Shown: positions 17,567-25,066 of the stretch, one piece after another | Numbering within the stretch: position 1 is the first letter of the stretch | How the letters are laid out: every line of letters begins with the position of its first letter | Assembly (NCBI GenBank): GCA_016201195.1 | Contig: JACQDI010000021.1 | Coordinates: forward strand, 1 to 37,592 | Direction: 5' to 3' | DNA: 37,592 nucleotides | Source of the DNA: Acidobacteriota bacterium | Lineage (GTDB): Bacteria; Acidobacteriota; Terriglobia; Bryobacterales; JACQDG01 | Notes under the pieces: generated by a model | The model's input: the letters and a program-made list of their open reading frames with translations, nothing else | Databases searched by the model: none | Told to the model about the DNA's origin: nothing | Made by a program: the position numbers and the translations under genes

Positions 17567-20448
17567 AGCGTGCACAATTCCGGTGGTGGGCGGCCCTGGC
17601 CGGGGCCGCGGTCTCGGGATCCGCCTATCTATGGACTGCTTGGACTGCTCGAGCGGGCGACGCGCCGATTTCGGTCGCCGGATTAGAGAAAACGGTCTCC
17701 GCCAGGCTGATGTTTGGTCTTAAGCGCCTGACGCCACTGCGGTGGGATGGCGAGATCCGTGTCGACAAAGGGCGTGTGATACGTCTCAACGGGGTGCACT
17801 TCGAGGAACGGGACACCATCCTGGGTCCCAACCGCTGGCTGCTGACCACGCGCGTCACCAACTATGCGGACTCCAGCATGCCGCGCGGGTACGACCCGGT
17901 GCACACGCGGCCCTACGCGATGATTCCTAATGGTGTCGTGGCGACGATCGAGGCCGGGCCGGCAGCTCAGGCGGAGATCCGGACCGAGTCGGGCAGCTTT
18001 TCGTTCCGTTTGGGGGAACTGCAATTGGGACGGCCGAAAGCCTTCCTTGACGGCGAGGCCAGCGCCGAACTGATTCCCACGACCATCGATCTGACCAGGC
18101 AAGAAGGCGTCAGCGACTACCCGGCGCTGGCGGTGGACCGCAGCGGGGACGTTTGGGCTACGTGGATTACCTACGCGGATCGCAAAGATGCGGTATGGGT
18201 TGCCCGGCGATCCTCCAACGGCTGGGAGACGCCCGTTCAGGTGACTCCCCCCGAGCATGACGACAACTTCCGCACCGCCATCGCCGAAGACGCCGCCGGA
18301 CGCCTGTGGGTCGTCTGGTCAGGCAAACGGAACGGAAAGTGGGGCTTGCATTCCCGCTATTTCGCCGGCGGGAAATGGTCGGAGGCGGAGGTCCTGACCG
18401 GAGACAGCGGAGCGAATTTGTATCATGTGCTCGCGCGCGACGCCAGAGGGAGACTACACCTGGTTTGGCAGGGATTTCGGAATCGGAAGTCGGAAATCTT
18501 GTGGCGCGTGTGGGATGGCCAGAATTGGTCGCCGGAGACAAGGGTCAGCAACGGGGAAGGAGACAACTGGATACCCGCTGCCGCCGCCGACTCGAAAGGC
18601 AACCTCTGGATCGGGTGGGATGGCTATGAGACGGGCGATTTTAACGTTTATCTCCGGCGTGTGGACGCGGCGGGCAGGCTTGGCGAACGTATACAGGTTA
18701 CGCGGTCGCCGGTATTTGACGCCAACGTCTCGCTGGCGGTCGATCACCAGGACCGGCTGTGGATCTCCTGGGATCACGGCGAGGCAAACTGGGGCAAGGA
18801 CTGGACGAGCCAGCGCTTTAAGCCAGGCGGCGGCGCCGGGCTGTACCGCTGGCGCAAAGTTCGCGTCGCCTGCCTGGACGGCAACCGGCTCAAACAACCC
18901 GCCGGCGACATCATGGATGCCGTACCGCCCGAGTACAAGGACTATTTTCAGATGGCACGGTTGCAGCCCGACAGCCAGGGGCGTATCTGGGCACTGGGCC
19001 GCTCGCTGACGACCACGACCGTGCGTGTCAACAATAATTGGGGGGCCGGCGGGCGCTGGGAAGCGCTGCTGACCCGCCTGGATCAGAACGGTTGGATGCC
19101 GGCGATCCGACTCGACGCCACCGCCGGGCGCAACGATGTGCGCGTCCACAGCCTGATGGACCCGAGCGGAAAACTGTGGTTCGCCTGGTCGCGCGACGGC
19201 CGCCCTTTCGGAACCGACTCGCCGCGCAACCGGCGTCCGGAACCCGGGAAAACCGCGGTCAGCTACACCGTCATCGAACCCTCCCCAGGGCGGGAAAATG
19301 TGCGGCTTGTTCCGTTCGCCGAGCCCGCCATGTCAGTGAAGCCAGTACATCCTAACGAAGCCGAGGATGTTACAGCGATCCGATCTTATCGCTACCAGGT
19401 CGGCGGGAAGCGTTACCGGATCCTGCGAGGTGACCTGCACCGGCACACCGATATTTCCTTCGATGGCATCGGCGACGGTTCGCTGCTCGACTTTTTCCGC
19501 TATGCATTTTCCGCCGGCCAATACGATTTCATGATGGTCGCCGACCATCAGTACGGCGGAGCCAGCGGCATAGGTTTGGAATACAACTGGTGGCGGACCG
19601 AAAAATCCGAGGACATCTTTTTGGTGGAGGGGCGTTTTTGGCCGCTTTTCGGCACCGAGCGCAGCGTGCCGTATCCCAACGGACACCGGAACACCATTTT
19701 CGCAAACAGGGGCCACCGCGAGTTGCCCATTTCTCGCGAAGAGGCGGCGGGCAAATTGAATACCGGCCCGCTCCTCTACCCATACCTGCGGAGCAAGGGC
19801 GGCATAACGACCTCGCACACTCCGGCCACCGAGCAGGGCACTGACTGGCGGGACAATGACCCGGAGCTGGAACCGATAGTCGAGATCTACCAAGGCCTCC
19901 ACGCCTCCTATGAGTACGAAAACGCGCCGCGCGCCGAGACGCCGGACCGGCGCTATTTTCATCATGGGGAACCGTGGCGGCCGGCGGGTTTCGTGTGGAA
20001 CGCCTGGGCCAAAGGTTTGAAGTTGGGCGTCCAGGCCAGCGCCGACCACATCGCCACGCATGACGCCTACGCTTGCGTTCTGGTGGATGAGAATGCGTTG
20101 CACAGCCGCCAGGACATCATCGACGCAATGAAGGCCCGCCACACATACGCCGCCACCGATAACATCATTGTCGATTTCCGCATTGGTGATCATATTATGG
20201 GGGACATTCTGACAGCCTCCCAGCCGCCGGTCCTGAAGGTGAGAGTCATTGGCGCCGGCCCTCTGGCCCGGGTCGTGGTGATCAAGAATAACAGGCTGGT
20301 CCACGCAGTCGAACCCGGCCAGAAAGAAACTGCTTTCGACTTCCGGGATAACGATTTCCAGAAAGGCGAAAGTTACTATTACGTGCGCGTCGAGCAGGTC
20401 GATGGATCCCTGGCGTGGTCGAGCCCCATCTGGGTGAAGAACGAGTGA
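17563..20448 (+). CDS. Exported beta-propeller + PHP-superfamily (DUF3604/CehA-McbA-like) metallohydrolase fusion, paralogue 1
   Basis: The ATG overlaps the GH97 stop (ATGA). There are about six blade repeats of ~48 aa of the type D..G.LW..W...R.G.W.....Y..G.WS....V. The C-terminal domain has PHP-like metal motifs: GDLHRHTDISFDG, VADHQ, GHRN, TSHT and ASADH. The protein ends ...YYYVRVEQVDGSLAWSSPIWV. Confidence 0.85.
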   Translation: MKRAQFRWWAALAGAAVSGSAYLWTAWTARAGDAPISVAGLEKTVSARLMFGLKRLTPLRWDGEIRVDKGRVIRLNGVHFEERDTILGPNRWLLTTRVTNYADSSMPRGYDPVHTRPYAMIPNGVVATIEAGPAAQAEIRTESGSFSFRLGELQLGRPKAFLDGEASAELIPTTIDLTRQEGVSDYPALAVDRSGDVWATWITYADRKDAVWVARRSSNGWETPVQVTPPEHDDNFRTAIAEDAAGRLWVVWSGKRNGKWGLHSRYFAGGKWSEAEVLTGDSGANLYHVLARDARGRLHLVWQGFRNRKSEILWRVWDGQNWSPETRVSNGEGDNWIPAAAADSKGNLWIGWDGYETGDFNVYLRRVDAAGRLGERIQVTRSPVFDANVSLAVDHQDRLWISWDHGEANWGKDWTSQRFKPGGGAGLYRWRKVRVACLDGNRLKQPAGDIMDAVPPEYKDYFQMARLQPDSQGRIWALGRSLTTTTVRVNNNWGAGGRWEALLTRLDQNGWMPAIRLDATAGRNDVRVHSLMDPSGKLWFAWSRDGRPFGTDSPRNRRPEPGKTAVSYTVIEPSPGRENVRLVPFAEPAMSVKPVHPNEAEDVTAIRSYRYQVGGKRYRILRGDLHRHTDISFDGIGDGSLLDFFRYAFSAGQYDFMMVADHQYGGASGIGLEYNWWRTEKSEDIFLVEGRFWPLFGTERSVPYPNGHRNTIFANRGHRELPISREEAAGKLNTGPLLYPYLRSKGGITTSHTPATEQGTDWRDNDPELEPIVEIYQGLHASYEYENAPRAETPDRRYFHHGEPWRPAGFVWNAWAKGLKLGVQASADHIATHDAYACVLVDENALHSRQDIIDAMKARHTYAATDNIIVDFRIGDHIMGDILTASQPPVLKVRVIGAGPLARVVVIKNNRLVHAVEPGQKETAFDFRDNDFQKGESYYYVRVEQVDGSLAWSSPIWVKNE

Positions 20449-20675
20449 GAAGTTGTGCCGGAGGCGCCACAGGCGCTGGCGCGGGCCCAGCGCACAGCGC
20501 ATTTGACGTCCCGCGTCCGGCCGGGATTCCCCTTGCGATACGCGACATTCTCAACGACGGTCCTGTCAGGATGTGTCCCGGCGGCGGCTCCCTGTTGTGG
20601 CTTGGCGAAGGATTTCACTCCAGCTTTCTGAAGCCGTGGTCGAAATAGCGCATGCGCAGATTCACCTCCCAAATC

Positions 20676-23204
20676 CTATTTGTAATGGACGAACATCGGG
20701 CTTGACCAGGCGAGCATTTGATCGTCCTGCTGCAGGCGAATGTAGTAGTAATGATGGCCCTTCCTTGAGTCCCTGTCTGTAAATTCGAACTCCACATTCT
20801 GTTTCCCGGGTTCGGTCGAATAGATGACTTTGCTGTCTTTGATGACATCCACCTTGGCAATGGCGCGGGTGCCGCGCGCCTTGACCCGCAGCGGCAGGCT
20901 TCGGGTGAGCGTGAATTCGTCTCCCATGAAGTGATCGCCCATGCGGACCTCCAGAAGGATGTTGTCCATCGCCCCGTACGTGTGCCGCTTGCGGATGGCG
21001 TCCAGAACCCCGACTCGGGACAGGTCGTCTGTATAGACCATGGCATAGGAGATATGCGTCGAATTGTGGTCCGAACTGGCGATGATCCCAAGCTTGTACC
21101 CCTTGGCCCAAGCGTTGGAAACCATGCCTTCAGGCTGGTGCCCCACCCGCTGCATGAGACCCTCGTCTTGCGGCGCTACGTTGACCAGGGGCGCGCCAAG
21201 CTGTTCGTAGCTGCTCCGATTCCCCTGGTAGATCTCCACCACCGGCTCCAGATCCGGATCGTTGTCGCGCCAGTCGGTCCCCTGGTTGGTTCCCGAGGTA
21301 TGAGAGATGGCGATAGCGTTTCGACTTCGAATCTCTTCGTACAGCAATTTCGTGTCGTTAACCGCCAGTTCATTGCTGTAAGGAGGGTCCTCTGCTAGCC
21401 CCGGTGGTATTGGAAGGCCGAACCTTCGCACCCCGGCCTTCAAGAAAAATGGAGTAATCCTCGATTCCGAGCGCCTGGCGAAGAAGATGTTTCGGTGACC
21501 ATTCGGGAACTGCGCACTGCGTTCGTAGCCGAAGATCCCGGCATAGGCGCCGGGCACATGGTACATGTCCGTCAACTTCTGGGTGTACCACCACCAGTAC
21601 GGCCAGAGCCCGCCTTGGTGGTCGGTGGCAGCCCCGAAATCCATCGCCGCGACATCGATCATGTAGCGAAAGAAATCCTGCAGCGAACCGTCGCCCGAGC
21701 CCCCCAGATCGTAGCTCAATTCGGTGTGCCGGTGAAAGTCGCCGCGGAGGATCCGAAACTTCCGTCCCCCGAGTGTTGCCGTGTAGGAGCGAATCGCTCT
21801 CACATCGGCGGCCTCATCGGCGTGGCCTGTCTTTGCCTGAATGGATTCTGCCTCTGGCTCCCGGAGCGCTACGGATTCTTGGCGGGCCGGCGCGGAAAGC
21901 ATGCCAGCGTAAACCTGTTGCCGGATAGGGCGGTGGTAGTTAGCGGGCCGGCGGTTGTCGGTCGGCCATGCCAGCCATAAGCTGTTTTCAGCGCTCAGTG
22001 CTCCACTGATCCTCGTACTGGGTCGGCCCTTGCTGTTCGGCAACGGAATCGCCTTCAACCAGTCGTTTCCGGCCAATCGCGTGATCCAATACTCCCAGTA
22101 GTAGCGCGGCCTTCCTGCGCCGTCGCCCCCCGCCCCGCGAACTTTCGCGGCTACCCACACCGACCCGAGCCCATCGGAAAAAACGTGGGGATGAAAGGCA
22201 TACCCGGACTGGAAGGCCTCGGCCAATCGCGCCGCAGGCTCACGCCACTGCCCGCTCGCATAGCACTGGATCCGAGGCTCGCGAAATCCGCCGAGCTGAA
22301 CGCCGGGCGCCCGACCCCGAACTTTATACCCTTGATCCTTTCCCCAATTCGGTGCGCCCGCCTCCCAGGCCACCCAGACCCGATCCGACGAATCGACGGC
22401 CACAGTGGCCCTCGCTTCGAAGCGGGGCGTGCTCGCCACCGCTATCTCCGGGCCCTGAACTTCAACGTTTCGCACCTGGGAGAGGAACACATCGTAGTCG
22501 CCGTTCTTGTAGCTGTCGTAAACTACCCACGCTGTTCCCTTGCTGTCGATAGCCACCGCCGGCTCCCAATCATTCGCCGCGCGGTTGGTCACTCGCACCT
22601 CGGGCGACCATTTCTCGCCGTCGAAAGTCTTTAAGAAGATGTTGCTGTGCCGGCCGCGGAAACCCTGCCAAACCAGGGCGAACTGGCCCTTGCCATTCGA
22701 AGCGAGCCGCGGGTTGATGTCCGGCAGGGGATCAGATGTCAAACGCTCCACGGCGCTCCATTCCTGATTGCTCGGGTCGAAACGCCGGGCATAAAGATCC
22801 CAGTTGCCGTTCACCTGTTGGGACCACACGACCCACACCCGGTTGGAAGCGTCAACGGCCACCTGCGGGAGAAAGCTGTCTCCACTGGTGTTGGGGACCC
22901 ACTGGATGCTGTCCCACCTGTTCTCCCGGAAACGCCGGAGGGCAACATCGTCGCGATCACCCACAAAGCTGAGCCATGCGACCCACACTGAGCCGTCCGG
23001 CGCCGTGGCAATCGAGGGCAGGTCATCCTGTCGGAACTCGTGGCCGACAGCGGTGGCGGCAATCTGCGCCTCTCCAGCCGGTAGTTGCGAAGAGGCCGCC
23101 AGCGCCTCGCCAAAAACCCTCTCGGGCCTGCGCACCGCCCGCCAACCTGCAAGAGCGAGAACCACGGTGGCAGTTGCTAATGCCAAAAGGCGTCTCAGGG
23201 GCAT
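20676..23204 (-). CDS. Exported beta-propeller + PHP-superfamily metallohydrolase fusion, paralogue 2
   Basis: Same architecture as 17563..20448: GDFHRHTELSYD, TDHQ, GHRN, ISHTSGTNQGTDWRDNDPDLEPVVEIYQG, SSDH, and ...YYYIRLQQDDQMLAWSSPMFV. It lacks the extra ~120-aa N-terminal domain of paralogue 1. By eye it is roughly 40% identical over the PHP half. Confidence 0.85.
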   Translation of the reverse strand: MPLRRLLALATATVVLALAGWRAVRRPERVFGEALAASSQLPAGEAQIAATAVGHEFRQDDLPSIATAPDGSVWVAWLSFVGDRDDVALRRFRENRWDSIQWVPNTSGDSFLPQVAVDASNRVWVVWSQQVNGNWDLYARRFDPSNQEWSAVERLTSDPLPDINPRLASNGKGQFALVWQGFRGRHSNIFLKTFDGEKWSPEVRVTNRAANDWEPAVAIDSKGTAWVVYDSYKNGDYDVFLSQVRNVEVQGPEIAVASTPRFEARATVAVDSSDRVWVAWEAGAPNWGKDQGYKVRGRAPGVQLGGFREPRIQCYASGQWREPAARLAEAFQSGYAFHPHVFSDGLGSVWVAAKVRGAGGDGAGRPRYYWEYWITRLAGNDWLKAIPLPNSKGRPSTRISGALSAENSLWLAWPTDNRRPANYHRPIRQQVYAGMLSAPARQESVALREPEAESIQAKTGHADEAADVRAIRSYTATLGGRKFRILRGDFHRHTELSYDLGGSGDGSLQDFFRYMIDVAAMDFGAATDHQGGLWPYWWWYTQKLTDMYHVPGAYAGIFGYERSAQFPNGHRNIFFARRSESRITPFFLKAGVRRFGLPIPPGLAEDPPYSNELAVNDTKLLYEEIRSRNAIAISHTSGTNQGTDWRDNDPDLEPVVEIYQGNRSSYEQLGAPLVNVAPQDEGLMQRVGHQPEGMVSNAWAKGYKLGIIASSDHNSTHISYAMVYTDDLSRVGVLDAIRKRHTYGAMDNILLEVRMGDHFMGDEFTLTRSLPLRVKARGTRAIAKVDVIKDSKVIYSTEPGKQNVEFEFTDRDSRKGHHYYYIRLQQDDQMLAWSSPMFVHYK

Positions 23205-23290
23205 AACTCGTCTCCAGAAACGGCGCGAGGCCTATCCTGGGCCCCGGGGATCCAGGGCCGCTTTGAAATCGGGCGCAGGCGGCATGGGCC

Positions 23291-25066
23291 TCACTCGTCG
23301 AGCCATCGCAAAGAAACTTCCTTGAGATTCATCACCGCGGCGCCGGGTTTGCTGAGGGCTTTCACGGTCAGCGTCGATCTGCCGGCTTTCAGCGGGAACC
23401 GGCCGAGCCGAAGTCGCGCCCAATGCATTTCGGGGTAGACGTTCTCGGGAATGACGCATTTGCTCGGTTTGCGGGTCATCGGGGTGGGCTGTGTGATCGT
23501 GGCCTGGAGACTCTGGCCCGCCGCGCTGACAGCAATCTTTGCGCCAACGTCGCCTTGCGGGCAGAGATAGCTGAGCGTGACTTCGTACTGGCCGGCGCGA
23601 ACAACGTCGATGTCCCAATACACGGAGTCTTCGAGGCGGTTCCAACCGGTGATCCAGTCGTGCGCGTATCCCACCCCGCCGTGGAATCTTAGGGCGCCGT
23701 GAAAGTAACTCTGCGGGGCCGGCAGGATCACCGGGTTTTCTTCGGCGTAGCCGGCGGGAATCGGCCGGCGGTGGAAACCCCGCTCGCCGAGAGCCTCGCG
23801 ATACCAGGCTTCGTAGGCAGACCGCAACTCCGTTACCTTTTGCGGATGCTTACTGGCGATGTTGTTCTGCTCGACGGGGTCCACGATCATATCGTACAGC
23901 TCTTCTCCATTAACCAGATTGAAGCGTTGTGTTCGCACGGCGCCGGGATACATGGACGCGGGGTCCTCCAGGCTCTCGCGGTGCGTGAAGACCATGCGCT
24001 CAGGCCAGTTTTGCCGCTCGCCGAACAACAGCGGCCGCAGGCTGCAGCCATCAATCCGCAGCCCCTTCGGCTGGACGACGCCACATAGATCGAGAAGAGT
24101 CGGGAAGACGTCAATGTGAGCGGCGATTGTGTTGACGCGCTTGCCCGCTTCCAGACGCTCCGGCCAGCGGATGAAGAATGGCGCTCGCACGCCGCCTTCA
24201 TAAACGCTTCCCTTAGACCCGCGCAGGCCCGCGTTGAACCGCCGCCCATTGGGACCGTTATCGGTCAAGAAAATCACGATCGTGTTCTTGGAAAGACCGA
24301 ACTGATCCAGCCGGGCCAGCAACCGGCCGATGTTCTCATCCAGGTTGGTGACCATTGCGTAGACCGCGGCCGTGGTCCCCGGCAGTCTGGCTGCTTCAAA
24401 AGGGCGGAAATAGGATACTGGCACCTGGAAGGGAGAGTGGGGCGCGTTGTAGGCCAAATAAAGAAAGAAGCGCCTCTCGCGGTTGCCCTCCAGGAACCGG
24501 ATCGATTCGTCGGTGAGCGCGTCAGTGACATATCCCTTGGTCTGGACCGGCTTGCCGTTGCGCTCCAGCTCGGAATCGAAATAATTCATCCAGTGTCCGG
24601 TGCGGAATCCCACAAATTCATCGAATCCCTGGCCATGGGGGAGGTAGGGGTAATGCTCGCCGAGATGCCATTTCCCGAACAGCGCGGTACGGTATCCGGC
24701 GCCGCGGAGAGCTTCGGCGATAGTGGTCTCGCCGGTATGCATGGTTTCCCGGCCGTGGGTCACGCCATAGACGCCGCACCGCACGTTGTAACGTCCGGTC
24801 AACAGACTCGCGCGCGTCGGCGCGCAGACGGGGGAGACATAGAAGCGGGTGAACTCGACCCCCTGGCGGGCCAGCTTATCGAGGTTCGGCGTCTTCAGGT
24901 GCGGATTGCCGTGCAAAGAGAGATCGCCGTAGCCCTGATCGTCGCTCATGACGAGCAGGACGTTGGGCGGCCGGCGGGTTTGTCCCGAGCCGGGGGCTGA
25001 TAGAGCCATGGTCCCGCCTGCCAGGGCCGTCATCCATTCGCGTCGGGTGAGATTAGGACTCTTCAG
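23291..25066 (-). CDS. Cys-type (formylglycine) sulfatase, probable Tat substrate; start codon uncertain
   Basis: LLVMSDDQGYGDL...SPVCAPTRASLLTGRY (C-x-P-x-R). The first ATG (25033) falls inside a twin-arginine motif (LTRREW-M-TALAGG). The only plausible upstream in-frame start is CTG at 25066, which overlaps the preceding stop as CTGA. Confidence 0.85.
   Translation of the reverse strand: MKSPNLTRREWMTALAGGTMALSAPGSGQTRRPPNVLLVMSDDQGYGDLSLHGNPHLKTPNLDKLARQGVEFTRFYVSPVCAPTRASLLTGRYNVRCGVYGVTHGRETMHTGETTIAEALRGAGYRTALFGKWHLGEHYPYLPHGQGFDEFVGFRTGHWMNYFDSELERNGKPVQTKGYVTDALTDESIRFLEGNRERRFFLYLAYNAPHSPFQVPVSYFRPFEAARLPGTTAAVYAMVTNLDENIGRLLARLDQFGLSKNTIVIFLTDNGPNGRRFNAGLRGSKGSVYEGGVRAPFFIRWPERLEAGKRVNTIAAHIDVFPTLLDLCGVVQPKGLRIDGCSLRPLLFGERQNWPERMVFTHRESLEDPASMYPGAVRTQRFNLVNGEELYDMIVDPVEQNNIASKHPQKVTELRSAYEAWYREALGERGFHRRPIPAGYAEENPVILPAPQSYFHGALRFHGGVGYAHDWITGWNRLEDSVYWDIDVVRAGQYEVTLSYLCPQGDVGAKIAVSAAGQSLQATITQPTPMTRKPSKCVIPENVYPEMHWARLRLGRFPLKAGRSTLTVKALSKPGAAVMNLKEVSLRWLDE

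Noticed and set aside
20473-20493. GC-rich hairpin GCGCTGG-N7-CCAGCGC between the convergent PHP-fusion genes, considered as an intrinsic terminator
   Set aside because: There is no U-tract on either strand, and stems of this size are common in GC-rich DNA. The same applies to the GC-rich stretch at 3451-3471 and the hairpin at 23232-23252.
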